Shown in pieces: positions 1-11,376 of a DNA stretch of 64,000 nt. The notes beneath the pieces were generated by a model. That model saw only the letters and a list, made by a program, of their open reading frames with translations, did no database searches and was not told the DNA's origin. The DNA is from a virus (lineage: Duplodnaviria > Caudoviricetes). The DNA is taken from positions 19,477 to 83,476 of the IMG/VR virus record IMGVR_UViG_3300021256_000087; one strand, given 5' to 3'. Numbering within the stretch: the stretch's first letter is position 1; every line of letters starts with the position of its first letter. The translations under genes were made by a program, and so were the position numbers.

Positions 1-3000
1 AGAACACGGAAGCAAGTTGATTCATTCCAGAAATATCAATCACTTGAAGCCCATTTAAAGATGTCAAAGAGGAGCAGCCTTGAAACATATAATTTATATT
101 AGAAGATGTAAATGTTGTATTTGCTAATCCACTAACATCCGTCAGCGATGAACAGTTTGCAAATAATGACGTACCATTCTTAATTGTACATCCATCTAGC
201 CCATCAAGATTTATTAGAGCAGAACATCCATTAAAACTTGTGCTTGTAGAAAATTTACATCCCTCTAATCCCGATAAAGACGTCAGAGCCGTGCAGTTTT
301 TCAAATTAACTTCGACTTGTTTTGTCGTAGATATTTTTCCAGATAATACACTTATCGACGACAATAACGTACAACCTTCAAATGAATAATAAATACATGC
401 CGATAAATCCCAATTACTTAAAAATGATAAATTTGATATCTTAGTGGTTGGCATTTGTATTTCGGTAAACATACTATTCCAATTTGCAAGTGAAGAATAA
501 TCTGTAGCCGGTATATTATCAAACGCTCTCGCAAAGGTCGCTCCACTAAGGGGCCAAATTATTCTAGCTAATCCTGATAAATTTGTGAGATATGAGCAAT
601 TAGAAAATGTCGATTCTAAATTTTTTACACGCAACCCCTCATCCGGAATGAAATCAACATTAGTGATTGCAGTATTACTCAGAAAGCTACTTAGCTCGAT
701 TGGGTTCATCCCCATATTTTCTTTTAATTTAGTGAATAACACTTTTAATCTATCTACATTTGATAAACTCGTACAACCATAAAACAATGATGTCAATGAA
801 CGATTTGTTGTGCCTTGCGCCGGACTCGTATTGAAATAATCAAGATTTGAAATATCAGTTAATGCAGCGCAATTGCGAAACACACTTGAACTTCCGAGGC
901 TTATTCTAATTTTGGGAGCCGTTATGACTTGAGTGTTCTGAAACATACGGCTATAATTATAATACGCCCATTGTTGGTTTACACGCGAACCGCTTTTATA
1001 ATAATAATTGTAATGTATTCCTATCGACCATTTGTTTACAACTGATACGTTCACTAAAGAAGTGCACATATTAAACATATCGCTAGGGTCAAAAGGATCA
1101 CTTATTACAATCATTTCAGATATATCTGTCAGCCTAGAACTATTCTGTAATGAAAATTTTCTTAATCCAAATGGTAGTCCAGATATTTTCACTATATTGT
1201 TACTCGGAGTCGATTCTACTCTTGTATAGGCAGTTACACTATTTGATATAGAATTAAGAGGATATACAAACAAATAGTTATCAGGATACAAACGACATTG
1301 TATTGTCGTACTTGTGGTGGAAGTATATGTTCCCGAACTTGAATTCCAAGTGTAATCGTAAGGCGATCCAACTACAGAATATGAATTACCATGATCTTCT
1401 ACAATTATCTTTTGTTTATAATCATATCCGCCTACTGTAATCTTCAATGTATGCGTTCCAACAGTATCGAAAACTTGACCTTCGGTAACTAATTCATCGT
1501 CCAAATATACTTCGTTTAAATTAAGACCGCTCATGGTCATCATCTGATATTGAGTATAAGCGGATCCAAGAGGGACATGAGTATGACAAAAGAAAATAGG
1601 ACTTCCATTTGGAGCCACCCATTCGTCAGCGTCGTCATTTATAATAGCTTGTTCGAAATCATTGTGAGTGGTGCCGTAGTGTATAATTACATTTGAAGGT
1701 TCCTCGTTCCACCCTAACTCGCTATAATTAAGAGCGTCTGTATATATTTCTCCAGTTGTAATATTCATGGTGCGACGTGAGTCCAATATAAACGTTGAGG
1801 GTATCCAAACTATTTTTGTATAGTCCAAACCGTAGTTTGCCATATATGCCCATTGATCAGATGTATAATCCGCATTTAATGTATTTACTGAAGAGTAATC
1901 TACGTATTTTGCCTTACCGGTTTTTGTATTTACATCCACATCTGTGCAGATTTTATTTGGCATATTAACACGTGTCGCTGTTAATCCGTTAAACAATTGA
2001 TTTCCGTTATTTATATTTAACTCAGCGTTGCTCCAGTCTAATAATTCAACGGCGGTATTTTCAAATATTCGGATATTACTATACACACTCAAATCAAAAG
2101 TATTGTTGGTAATATCTGGCAATATCAATGTGTGAATTTTAGCATTCCCAAATATACACAAGGGATAGATAAACATCATAATTGCCTTATAAAAATGAAA
2201 ACTAGAAAGATCTAGTGTACCGTCTGTAATAAAATTATTAAACATACCAGATACATTATATCCTTCTGGAAAAGTATTGTTATTTGAGAATCTTAAATCA
2301 TGAATATTTGCATAGGAAAATAACGTTTCCCACGTACCGTGTTCTGCATTTCCATACGGAGCATTGGATGCATTGGCTCCCAAATCCCAATCTGATATAT
2401 CTAATATATTTGTATTAAGACCACTAAATAATGATTTTTGATAAGAAGTATTTGGTTCAATAGCTTCGGGCAACTGAAAATGAAATCCTCTTAAATCTAG
2501 ATTGGGAACTGTCATATTGCTAAATAGTCCTGAGATATCTTTGACATTAGAAACATCTAATGTATTAGGAAATACGAATGTTTGTAATGACGTGCCCGCA
2601 AACATATAACTCATATCTTCAACATTAGACGTATCAAATCCTGAAACGTCTATTTCGTCTAGTGAAGTATTTCGGAACATATTTTGCATATTCACTACAT
2701 TAGAGGTATCAAATCCAGAATAATCTATTTCATCATAAGAGGTATTGTAAAATATATTGCCTATATCTTCCACCAAAGATGTGTCAAAATGAGACAAGTC
2801 TAATGTAGTTCCCGAAGTACCTTGAAACATACCATGCATGTTAGTGACAAGAGACGTATTAAAATTTGATATATCTATATTTGCTTCAACATTTTTAAAC
2901 ATGTTACTCATATTTGTAACTTTAGATGTATCAAAGCTACTTATGTCTAATTGTTCGACGGAACTATCACAGAACATATTTTCCATTGTCTCTACCTTAG

Positions 3001-3343
3001 ACGTATCAAAATGAGACAAATCTAATTCCGTAGCCTTACTACTGTTAAACATAAAACTCATATCTGTAACCTTAGAGGTATTAAACACGTCAAGTCCTAA
3101 TATAGTTTCAGACATACAATTATCGAACATGGATCGCATAGTTGTAACTTTTGATGTATTAAAATTTCTTAAATCTAAAGTCTCAGGTAGTTGATAATTT
3201 GCCCCCGAAAACATATTACTCATATCAATACAATTATCGGTACGTATATAAGGTATTACTTTATATCTCCATGTTAGGTGATTATAACCCTCGAGCGTGA
3301 TTTTATTACTTCCAGTATGAGAAGGAATATATACTTGTCCCAT
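1..3343 (-). CDS. BspA/DUF285-type leucine-rich surface-repeat protein, >1114 aa, 3' end beyond the window (absent from the ORF track)
   Basis: ATG at 3343 overlapping the stop of the upstream gene. Manual translation gives MGQVYIPSHTG..., repeated F(D/N)TSKVTxMxxMF units, later FxGCSSLTSLxGL units, and is still in frame at the left edge (...DISGMNQLASVF). Confidence 0.85.
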   Translation of the reverse strand, partial: MGQVYIPSHTGSNKITLEGYNHLTWRYKVIPYIRTDNCIDMSNMFSGANYQLPETLDLRNFNTSKVTTMRSMFDNCMSETILGLDVFNTSKVTDMSFMFNSSKATELDLSHFDTSKVETMENMFCDSSVEQLDISSFDTSKVTNMSNMFKNVEANIDISNFNTSLVTNMHGMFQGTSGTTLDLSHFDTSLVEDIGNIFYNTSYDEIDYSGFDTSNVVNMQNMFRNTSLDEIDVSGFDTSNVEDMSYMFAGTSLQTFVFPNTLDVSNVKDISGLFSNMTVPNLDLRGFHFQLPEAIEPNTSYQKSLFSGLNTNILDISDWDLGANASNAPYGNAEHGTWETLFSYANIHDLRFSNNNTFPEGYNVSGMFNNFITDGTLDLSSFHFYKAIMMFIYPLCIFGNAKIHTLILPDITNNTFDLSVYSNIRIFENTAVELLDWSNAELNINNGNQLFNGLTATRVNMPNKICTDVDVNTKTGKAKYVDYSSVNTLNADYTSDQWAYMANYGLDYTKIVWIPSTFILDSRRTMNITTGEIYTDALNYSELGWNEEPSNVIIHYGTTHNDFEQAIINDDADEWVAPNGSPIFFCHTHVPLGSAYTQYQMMTMSGLNLNEVYLDDELVTEGQVFDTVGTHTLKITVGGYDYKQKIIVEDHGNSYSVVGSPYDYTWNSSSGTYTSTTSTTIQCRLYPDNYLFVYPLNSISNSVTAYTRVESTPSNNIVKISGLPFGLRKFSLQNSSRLTDISEMIVISDPFDPSDMFNMCTSLVNVSVVNKWSIGIHYNYYYKSGSRVNQQWAYYNYSRMFQNTQVITAPKIRISLGSSSVFRNCAALTDISNLDYFNTSPAQGTTNRSLTSLFYGCTSLSNVDRLKVLFTKLKENMGMNPIELSSFLSNTAITNVDFIPDEGLRVKNLESTFSNCSYLTNLSGLARIIWPLSGATFARAFDNIPATDYSSLANWNSMFTEIQMPTTKISNLSFLSNWDLSACIYYSFEGCTLLSSISVLSGKISTTKQVEVNLKNCTALTSLSGLEGCKFSTSTSFNGCSALINLDGLDGCTIKNGTSLFANCSSLTDVSGLANTTFTSSNINYMFQGCSSLTSLNGLQVIDISGMNQLASVF

Positions 3344-3344
3344 T

Positions 3345-5504
3345 TTAATCACCTCCTATCGCTTGTAAGAAATCATCATGAGTACTATTAAGATGTAGCC
3401 GATATCCATAAGGTTCTGCTTTAGTATATATGTGTGAAAATTTCCATCCTTGCTCTTCAACGCTGATAGCATTTGTATAAATATCTATGATACATCCCTC
3501 ATTCGCACCTCCATAAAACATGGTATTATCATATCCAATGGGATTGTATAATGTATTAGGAATATAAGCTATTTTATTGACGCTAGTGCTTGAATATTCG
3601 CTTATTAACATACAGTTTGTTATATCGTCTCTCGATCTAGGTATAACCCATCCGTCGAAGTCAACTGATCCCGCGAATCCAGATATTCCATATATATAAG
3701 TCACATTGGATAAATCCCAATTTCTTATATCAAGATTCCCGTTTAAAGAACTAGCGATGCCATTTATTCTAGTAAGATTATCAGTATCCAAATTACTAAG
3801 GTTAAAATTTCCTGTGCAATTTTGCAATAAATACGAAATACTTTGGAGTTGACCAACGTTCCAATTACTTAAATCATAAGACCCATATGTGCTATAAAAT
3901 AAATATTCCATTTCTTGAACATCTGATACATCGATTTTGTCTAAGTTATATAAGACCGGAGAATGGCCACTGTATCCATAACAAAAATAACTCATTTTGT
4001 TCGAAAATTTTATTCCCGTATTGGGGAAATATATCGCTCCAAGAGAACATCCGTATCCCATGAATCCATAAGAATATGTACAGACACCATCAACAACCAA
4101 TCCTCTCATATCTAAATACGTATCGTTCCAATCGGATCCATAATATGTACAATATATAAAATTGTTTAATCTGCCAGAATTTCCCATATGCAACACTGAA
4201 TTCTCAAACGTTATCTGAACAGGATAAGAACCAGATATAAAATTAGAAAAATCGCTAGCGTAAATCGTACTGTTTTTAATTAGATATGATGTCGTGCCAA
4301 GATCAGAAGCTTGAGGGGATATAAAATATCCTAAGCGATTTACTGCTGTGGGAAATGTTAACTCCAAAATATGATTAATTGCTTTATCATAATATGTCAA
4401 TCCAAATTGGCTGTAACTCGTAATATTTGGAGATAAAGAAGTTTTTAAATGCATTTCAGGAGTTTGGCATCCATAAAAGGGGTAATGACTATATGAAGTT
4501 TCTCCTGAGAAATCTAATGTAGAAAAATCAGTTTCTCCTAAAACAGTATTATAAAACATGTTATCTCCGTTCGAGATAATAACATCTTCAAAACAAGACA
4601 AATCCAATCCACTATCCGGCATTTTTATATATGCAAACATATAAGAAGTATCTAAGCCCGATGATTCCATTTTCATATTATCAAAGACAAAATTAGGTTC
4701 AATATCGTTATTCATCCATTGATAAAACATATACGATGCATTTACAATAGATGGAAATACGCAATCGGATAAATCAATTGTTACTTGCACCGATTCATTT
4801 GAAAGGGGGCCCGCCGAATTATTGAACATACCATACGCATTTTGCAGCAATGTAAAAGATACTCCTGATAAATCTATGGTAGGAATACTGCTTGAATAAA
4901 ACATTTGTGCCGCATTTACAACATTCGAAAAATCTAATGTATTTAATCCTGTGACAATAGGAATGCGAGCAGAATTAAACATATTACTTACATCTGTGAT
5001 AGTTGAAATATCAAACCCAGTTAAATCTAACGATGGGAGAGAAGCATTGTAAAACATGCCCGCAAGGCTTGTTAAATTTGACACGTCCAATGTAGCCAAT
5101 CTAAGACCTTGGACTATATTCGCCCCATTAAACATATTTGCCGGAAGACTATAGAATTGGGCTCCTGTAAAATCAACCGAGTTAAATGTTCCGCTCAATA
5201 AATTTATCGCTGTAGTTTGAGCACCAATAACTAATCCATCAAGAGACAAATCTCCTCCGGTAACATTTTGGAACATATAATTCATATTAGTTACAGATTC
5301 ACTATTTATTTCACTTAGATCAAAATCATAGGCCTTAGAATAACTAAATAAATAACTCCAGTCTTCGGCGTTATCCATCGTGGAGAAATCTGTATTTTTT
5401 ATAAATTCTTCTTCCCACCTATCACCTCTTTCTCCTATTTCAAGGCCATATTGTGGAATAAGACTTTTTCTTTCAATAGGAGGGCGTATATAAATAACTC
5501 CCAT
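3345..5504 (-). CDS. BspA/DUF285-type repeat protein (719 aa), putative virion adhesin or receptor-binding protein
   Basis: Repeats such as LDVSNLTSLAGMFYNA, FDISTITDVSNMFNSA, IDVSDVQEMEYLFY, WDLSNVT; lies at the distal end of the tail module. Confidence 0.75.
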   Translation of the reverse strand: MGVIYIRPPIERKSLIPQYGLEIGERGDRWEEEFIKNTDFSTMDNAEDWSYLFSYSKAYDFDLSEINSESVTNMNYMFQNVTGGDLSLDGLVIGAQTTAINLLSGTFNSVDFTGAQFYSLPANMFNGANIVQGLRLATLDVSNLTSLAGMFYNASLPSLDLTGFDISTITDVSNMFNSARIPIVTGLNTLDFSNVVNAAQMFYSSSIPTIDLSGVSFTLLQNAYGMFNNSAGPLSNESVQVTIDLSDCVFPSIVNASYMFYQWMNNDIEPNFVFDNMKMESSGLDTSYMFAYIKMPDSGLDLSCFEDVIISNGDNMFYNTVLGETDFSTLDFSGETSYSHYPFYGCQTPEMHLKTSLSPNITSYSQFGLTYYDKAINHILELTFPTAVNRLGYFISPQASDLGTTSYLIKNSTIYASDFSNFISGSYPVQITFENSVLHMGNSGRLNNFIYCTYYGSDWNDTYLDMRGLVVDGVCTYSYGFMGYGCSLGAIYFPNTGIKFSNKMSYFCYGYSGHSPVLYNLDKIDVSDVQEMEYLFYSTYGSYDLSNWNVGQLQSISYLLQNCTGNFNLSNLDTDNLTRINGIASSLNGNLDIRNWDLSNVTYIYGISGFAGSVDFDGWVIPRSRDDITNCMLISEYSSTSVNKIAYIPNTLYNPIGYDNTMFYGGANEGCIIDIYTNAISVEEQGWKFSHIYTKAEPYGYRLHLNSTHDDFLQAIGGD

Positions 5505-5505
5505 A

Positions 5506-6066
5506 TTAATACCCCCTCATAAGCGCCACTGAAAATGTAATGGGTGGTTTATTTTCTAATGCATACCAAGTTATGGTTCCATCTCCGGTTATACCATAAT
5601 CTAATCTACTCGCTGCTTGTCCAATAGTTATATTATCCGAAGGCGTATTAGATGGAACATATCCTAAATATATCATTTTATCTAAAGATGTAATCCCAGC
5701 AACATTTACTGTATTAGTGTACGGTGCAACGTTTGACCATCCGCTTGCCGGTATTGTGACGTTTATAATCGCAAAGTTTGCAAGGATACCACTTACTGTA
5801 CCGTCTGCATATTCAGATATATCTGTGTTACCTATTTTCGTGTTTGTTTGAGCTACTTTATTATCAACAGCAAGTATTGCACCGCTTGGAGTTCCGTCTC
5901 CAAGTGACGAAATATTGTTGTCTCCATTAATCTGTCTTGTTAAATTTCCTACAGTTATATTTCTTGTTCCATATGTGGAAGAATCCAGTGTTAACTCTTC
6001 ATCCGAGTAAGCCGTATTAATATCTGTATGATCTTTAAGTCTACGTGTTTCTATATCAACGGGCAT
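5506..6066 (-). CDS. tail fibre/baseplate-associated protein
   Basis: Position after Tal; segments TKIGNTDISEYADGTVSG and VTIPASGWSNVAPYTNTVNVAGIT resemble phage fibre accessory proteins. Confidence 0.5.
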   Translation of the reverse strand: MPVDIETRRLKDHTDINTAYSDEELTLDSSTYGTRNITVGNLTRQINGDNNISSLGDGTPSGAILAVDNKVAQTNTKIGNTDISEYADGTVSGILANFAIINVTIPASGWSNVAPYTNTVNVAGITSLDKMIYLGYVPSNTPSDNITIGQAASRLDYGITGDGTITWYALENKPPITFSVALMRGY

Positions 6067-6099
6067 ATCAATTCCTCCTTTCTATAAAATAGGGAGGAG

Positions 6100-6315
6100 T
6101 CACTCGGACTCCTCCTCCTTGTCAGGTGCTTGATCTTCTTGTTGAAATTCTTTTACAACAGAAGAATTAAGTTGTGCATAATAAGTTTTTTCCACCTTCC
6201 ACTGAAGATCATTTACGATTAAGTTAATAACCCCAATAGGAAGATTAGAATCGTTTATATCTTTAACGAGCTGCTGTTTAAGATTTTCTATTACTATATT
6301 TACATTGTTTTCCAT
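6100..6315 (-). CDS. small hypothetical phage protein
   Basis: RBS (AGGAG) and co-directional packing in the tail operon. Confidence 0.55.
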   Translation of the reverse strand: MENNVNIVIENLKQQLVKDINDSNLPIGVINLIVNDLQWKVEKTYYAQLNSSVVKEFQQEDQAPDKEEESE

Positions 6316-6332
6316 ATTTTCTTTTTACTCCT

Positions 6333-9300
6333 TTATTGACTTACATTATCAATTCCTAAAACAAATATTCTTTTAGTGGGAACATCAGTAACTATATGTC
6401 CAACTTGATTCCAATTTCCAGCACCAGAAGGTTGAGAAGCCGAAATAGCAATATTCTTAGTGCTGGATTCTTGCCATAAATAAGGTCGATCTGTTGGGTT
6501 TAAAGCTTTAGCTACACTAATAGTTTGCCATTTTAATGTACCGCTAGGAAGATTACCTTGGCTATCTTTAATCTGGTTGACCGTTATGGTTCCGTTAACA
6601 TCAAGATTTTGTGCATTAATAGATTCGTGTACTGTTAATGTTCCGGTCGTCAAATCCTCGATATTTGCTTTATCAGCAGTCAAAGTTCCTATATTAGCTG
6701 TTACCGCACTGAGCTGACCTTGAATGTTTAAATTCATAAGGTTCATTGCTTCAATAGTCGCATACCCAGCAATAGTAACATTTTCAAAGTTACCACCGGT
6801 CGCCGTTATATTCGAGAATGTTGCAGTACCATCGTTATAGATTCCCCATTTAACGTTATTATTAATAGAACACACCATACTACCAGTATTATATAACGTT
6901 ACATTACCACTAGTGCCTGAAAGAGACGTTTGTCCGATATTCCATCCGCCTATCGTACCATCTGTGGCCGTGAGAGTGCCGCTATTAGTAACACGAAAAG
7001 TGCCATTACCATTATTAATTTCCCCATTTATTTGAGCACCCGTACAAGTCATTAATCCACTTTCGTTGACTGAGAATGCGGTTCCGCTAGACCCTACTAC
7101 ACTTATAGATCCACCCGTAATAGCTGCGCCGGTAATTGTTCCGCCACTCGTAACACCATTCTCCAAGGTAATGTCTCTTGCAGTAACCTTACCTTCTGGC
7201 GTAACGACAAAGTTATTACCATTAGTTATAGATGAAGCACTGATAGTACCTCCATTAAGTGAGAGAAGGTTGCCATCATATGTCAACTTGTTTCCTCCGA
7301 AACTGAACGTTCCATTATTTAAATTAATATGGCTCCCTGTGTTTCCAATTGCTGAGTAATTACTTGAATATATATCTCCTCCAATAATACTCGAACCGCT
7401 TATATGTCCTGCTTGTACAAACTCTGCCGTAAGACCATAATCAGATGCGATCTTATAAGCATCATCATTAGGATCATAATAAGTATAATCATGTTTTCCA
7501 AGTGCAGCCGACGCCGTTTCCCAATTATTCTTTGTGAATACAAGAATGTTATGCGTAATTCTTAATTGCTCTGGACTATAAGTTTCGGTATCTGGATCGT
7601 AACTTTTAGCATATATTCCATTTTCTCCAAAAGTAATTTCTTCATCAACATTATTCTTGACATTTGTCAGCGCGGACAATAACCCAGTTTCAACAAATTT
7701 ACCTATCGTTGTATTTGCCTTTTCTCCAGCAGATGCTTGATTAGTGGTATATCCATAAGATCCAGATATTGATTTAGCTGAATTTAATATACTCTCTACA
7801 TCTGTCATGATGTTTCCAATTTTAGTTACGTTGGAAAATTCTACATTAATTTTATTAAAATCACTAAAATCTATAGAATAAGAAACCAGCCTTAATCTAA
7901 ATAATTGGTCATCTGCTATTACTCTAATCCAGTTTCCAAGAACAAATTTATCTTTATACACTTCATATCCGGTGGTTGGTATTAAATTATAAAGATTACA
8001 TTTAACACTATATTGAGGAGTGGTCGCTTTTAAAAGTTCCCTATTGGCGGCCTCAAGATATTCTCGTGCTTTAGCAAATAGTGCAGCCTTATCGTCAACG
8101 CCAGTCGAAATATAATTAGAATTAGAATATGTCTGCTCTCGTCGATAAGCACAATAGATATTGTATAGTTCTTCTCCTAAATAATTCTTGAAATTTAATA
8201 TATCTTGGATTTCTCTTTTTCTTGCTTCTAATGATCCATCTAAGATAATAACGGTTTCATCGTCTTTAGTGATCTTTCCAATGATATTTGTCCAATAATC
8301 TACATTTGCAATAGCATAAGGCTCTCCATATCCATCGGTTCTTTGAGACGGGGAACCGTCAGGTTCTATACCAGATTGCCTTCGACCTATTTCATCCTCG
8401 GTCGCTTTTAATTTCGCGTAATATGGTTCATATACACTGTCATAAAATTCATCTACTACGTTAGAATGCCCCTCTTGTGTAAGAATATCAATGCACCCAG
8501 ATAACGCGCTATGAAAAGAACCTAACCTTTCGACGGAATAACGAGTAATAGCATATTCAAATTGCGGGGAAGAAAGATTTAATACTTGGAATATATTACC
8601 TTCCTTATCATTATATTTAACTATATTTTTTGCTATTTTATCATTGAGATATGTCTCATAATCATCAGTCACCAACACATTAATAGTACGGCTGTATGCG
8701 GTATCTTCATTGTTCGAATAATTTGTAATTAAAAATCTTCCAGTCCATTGACCATAATTATGACCTTCAGAATCTATTCCTTGATATTCAAATGATGCCG
8801 GTTGCTCAGTCATATCTACTTGGGCTTTAACATAACCAGTTTTCACTACCGTTTTTACTAATTGTTCAAGAGCATTGTTTACTGTTTTTACAACAGTGCC
8901 ATTACTAACACTTGCCAATCCTAACGGAGATAATTTATCTGGCGTTATTTTAGAAGCCTGATCTTGCGCTGTGATGGGATCTTGCTCAAAAGATGGCATT
9001 AACGAATGAGCGTATTTATTTTGCTTATAAAGAGCGTCATAATAATCTTCCATTAATTGCGCATATTCTTCTTTATAAGAATCATATAAATCATTATAGG
9101 ATTCTATTTTACTTACAAGACTATCGGGCATATCTACATAATCAAGCTCATTAAACAGATTGATGTATTCTGATCCATTCGGATTTAGACCCACTACGGT
9201 AGAAGTCATATAGTCATCTCCCGTCTCAAGTTTAAATGTATTCTTAATTGAGTCAGTGTCAATAGTTAACTCTATATCGTCAGTAAGATTTTCTTTATTG

Positions 9301-10199
9301 ATAACAACGCGAGTATCTTCTCCGAAAAAATTAAGATCAGTGCTCCCACATTCAGAGCAAACCATTCTTTTAAATGCAATAACCCCATCATTACCACATA
9401 ACCACGCATTATCTGAATCAGTAGTTATTTTTAAATCTGAGTCTTGAGCATATTCAGTGAGGTCGTAATACCCATGTTCATAATTGGGGTCTTGGCGATG
9501 AGAACAATTATTACAAACTACAAGTAAGTCATAAACGTTAATTATTTTATGAACATTATCGATTAAAAACATTACCTCAAATTCTTCGGCCACATCTTTA
9601 GACAAAAAATCCCATACGCTTTTATCATTAATTGAAAACTCAGGTCTTCTTTCTAAGGCAGCCACGCTTTCTGGTACATGTCCAATAGAATACTGAGGAA
9701 TTTTATATAAGGCTCTATGTAATAAAGATCGACTAGGATCTTCTGGGTCATAAAAAATGGTGCCTTGATATTCGCCCAGTCCCTTTATTCTTCTTTCATT
9801 ATTTTGTATTTCAATGTCTATAGGCGTATTAATTTCTAGCCCATATATTTGTGTTTGAGATAACTCTGCTATACCAGCATTAACTCCCACTACACTTTTC
9901 TTTCTCTCAACCGTATCATGATCTGTAATGGTGATTTCAAGATAATCATTCAATTCGGGTATATATATTAATTTGAAATCTACTAGGTCATTCCACAATG
10001 GCTCTATTTTTCCGTTCAGTTCATAATAAACATCGAAAGATACTTCATTGCCATTTAGCATTTCAGCCTTAAGATTGATCGAAGAAAAATCAACATTTTG
10101 AACAGTTCCAATTTGTTTATGATCTCTGCTACATAAAACAATTGTAAATTTGTCGTATAGGGTTTTTATTGGCCCATAAAAATTATTTGTATTTGCCAT
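6333..10199 (-). CDS. tail-associated baseplate hub / Tal-like protein with C-terminal beta-rich spike region
   Basis: 1288 aa directly after Dit; N-terminal tail-endopeptidase-like fold region, KDKFVLGNWIRVIAD...LRLVSYSIDF motif, Gly/Thr-rich beta-repeat C-terminus. Confidence 0.75.
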   Translation of the reverse strand: MANTNNFYGPIKTLYDKFTIVLCSRDHKQIGTVQNVDFSSINLKAEMLNGNEVSFDVYYELNGKIEPLWNDLVDFKLIYIPELNDYLEITITDHDTVERKKSVVGVNAGIAELSQTQIYGLEINTPIDIEIQNNERRIKGLGEYQGTIFYDPEDPSRSLLHRALYKIPQYSIGHVPESVAALERRPEFSINDKSVWDFLSKDVAEEFEVMFLIDNVHKIINVYDLLVVCNNCSHRQDPNYEHGYYDLTEYAQDSDLKITTDSDNAWLCGNDGVIAFKRMVCSECGSTDLNFFGEDTRVVINKENLTDDIELTIDTDSIKNTFKLETGDDYMTSTVVGLNPNGSEYINLFNELDYVDMPDSLVSKIESYNDLYDSYKEEYAQLMEDYYDALYKQNKYAHSLMPSFEQDPITAQDQASKITPDKLSPLGLASVSNGTVVKTVNNALEQLVKTVVKTGYVKAQVDMTEQPASFEYQGIDSEGHNYGQWTGRFLITNYSNNEDTAYSRTINVLVTDDYETYLNDKIAKNIVKYNDKEGNIFQVLNLSSPQFEYAITRYSVERLGSFHSALSGCIDILTQEGHSNVVDEFYDSVYEPYYAKLKATEDEIGRRQSGIEPDGSPSQRTDGYGEPYAIANVDYWTNIIGKITKDDETVIILDGSLEARKREIQDILNFKNYLGEELYNIYCAYRREQTYSNSNYISTGVDDKAALFAKAREYLEAANRELLKATTPQYSVKCNLYNLIPTTGYEVYKDKFVLGNWIRVIADDQLFRLRLVSYSIDFSDFNKINVEFSNVTKIGNIMTDVESILNSAKSISGSYGYTTNQASAGEKANTTIGKFVETGLLSALTNVKNNVDEEITFGENGIYAKSYDPDTETYSPEQLRITHNILVFTKNNWETASAALGKHDYTYYDPNDDAYKIASDYGLTAEFVQAGHISGSSIIGGDIYSSNYSAIGNTGSHINLNNGTFSFGGNKLTYDGNLLSLNGGTISASSITNGNNFVVTPEGKVTARDITLENGVTSGGTITGAAITGGSISVVGSSGTAFSVNESGLMTCTGAQINGEINNGNGTFRVTNSGTLTATDGTIGGWNIGQTSLSGTSGNVTLYNTGSMVCSINNNVKWGIYNDGTATFSNITATGGNFENVTIAGYATIEAMNLMNLNIQGQLSAVTANIGTLTADKANIEDLTTGTLTVHESINAQNLDVNGTITVNQIKDSQGNLPSGTLKWQTISVAKALNPTDRPYLWQESSTKNIAISASQPSGAGNWNQVGHIVTDVPTKRIFVLGIDNVSQ

Positions 10200-10209
10200 A
10201 ACACCCTCC

Positions 10210-11043
10210 TTAAATCAATCCAAATTTGCTTATTGGTTTGTATGTCATTTCAATTTCTGTATCTGCTAAATTAGCAACAAATATATTTGTCCTATAATCA
10301 AGACCGCTTCCCATATTATTCCATATTTTAGGAAAGACATAATTAAAATCATCTTGAATATTTTCATGCGAAACATATGCTGGGAACTGTACGGTTCCGG
10401 TTTCACCATCCAAAATTATAGTTTCACCAGAAGCGCAATTGGCTATAACGGTTAGCTCCTCACGTTTTCGAGTATTATATAATATCAAATGTCCATCGGT
10501 ATGAATTGTAAAAATACACCGAGGATATATAAACCCTTGCTCGTCAGACTTATCTTCGATCGTAACCGTATCAGTACCGGTAACAGTGACCTCATCATAA
10601 TATCCAAATGGAGCATCAGTGGTCATATCAAGTTGAAATCCTATTACATTCCCCATATAAACTATGGGCTGTACATTAAATGTTGCGTTATAATGTACAG
10701 TGGGCCATGAAGTATTAGAATAGACAGGAACAAAATCTTCATACCGAGGCTGATTAAGCCACCTTAAAATGTTTACAACTTCTTCGTATGTGTAATACCC
10801 GCATTTATCACATGGATTTTTAAAAAATGAAAATTGCTTTTCCACATAAGAATCATAAGTTGATGTGACACTTTTTCTTTTCTTTAACGGCTTTAACTCT
10901 ATAGGATTTAAATTTAATTCACTACCTATATTCACAGGGCCAACAGTATCTCCACCTGATATATCACCAATAACCCCATTAAATTCTGAGAGGCTATGTC
11001 CGCAATATATAAAATCTATAAAATCATTAACAATAAATTTCAT
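10210..11043 (-). CDS. distal tail protein (Dit)
   Basis: DFIYCGHSLSEFNGVI start, EVVNILRWLN, FQLDMTTDAPFGY; position two genes after the tape measure; start moved to the ATG with a GGAGG RBS. Confidence 0.75.
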   Translation of the reverse strand: MKFIVNDFIDFIYCGHSLSEFNGVIGDISGGDTVGPVNIGSELNLNPIELKPLKKRKSVTSTYDSYVEKQFSFFKNPCDKCGYYTYEEVVNILRWLNQPRYEDFVPVYSNTSWPTVHYNATFNVQPIVYMGNVIGFQLDMTTDAPFGYYDEVTVTGTDTVTIEDKSDEQGFIYPRCIFTIHTDGHLILYNTRKREELTVIANCASGETIILDGETGTVQFPAYVSHENIQDDFNYVFPKIWNNMGSGLDYRTNIFVANLADTEIEMTYKPISKFGLI

Positions 11044-11345
11044 CCGTCGTCCTCCTTCCCAATACCACATTCTTTCATAAACTTTTCCATTTTCTTTTTA
11101 TATTCAACGTTGAGTTTTATAAACTTCTTACGTTCATCTTCATATTTATTTTTTGCTTCCTGAAGCTCGGTAATCTCGTTAGATACCTTTGTAAGTAATT
11201 CATTAAGTTGATATATCAAAGCGTCGGCCTCTATCTGTTTATCTCTGAGTAACGCCGCATCTATATTATTTTGTTCAAGTTCATTAATTTTTTCTTTTAA
11301 TGATTTAATGACTTGTTCACGTCTCTTTAATCTAATGTCCTTCAA
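11040..11345 (-). CDS. hypothetical coiled-coil protein
   Basis: Charged heptad-rich 101 aa ORF between TMP and Dit; AGGAGG RBS. Confidence 0.55.
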   Translation of the reverse strand: MKDIRLKRREQVIKSLKEKINELEQNNIDAALLRDKQIEADALIYQLNELLTKVSNEITELQEAKNKYEDERKKFIKLNVEYKKKMEKFMKECGIGKEDDG

Positions 11346-11376
11346 ATTGATTCCTCCTTTTATTCAAATAGAAACA

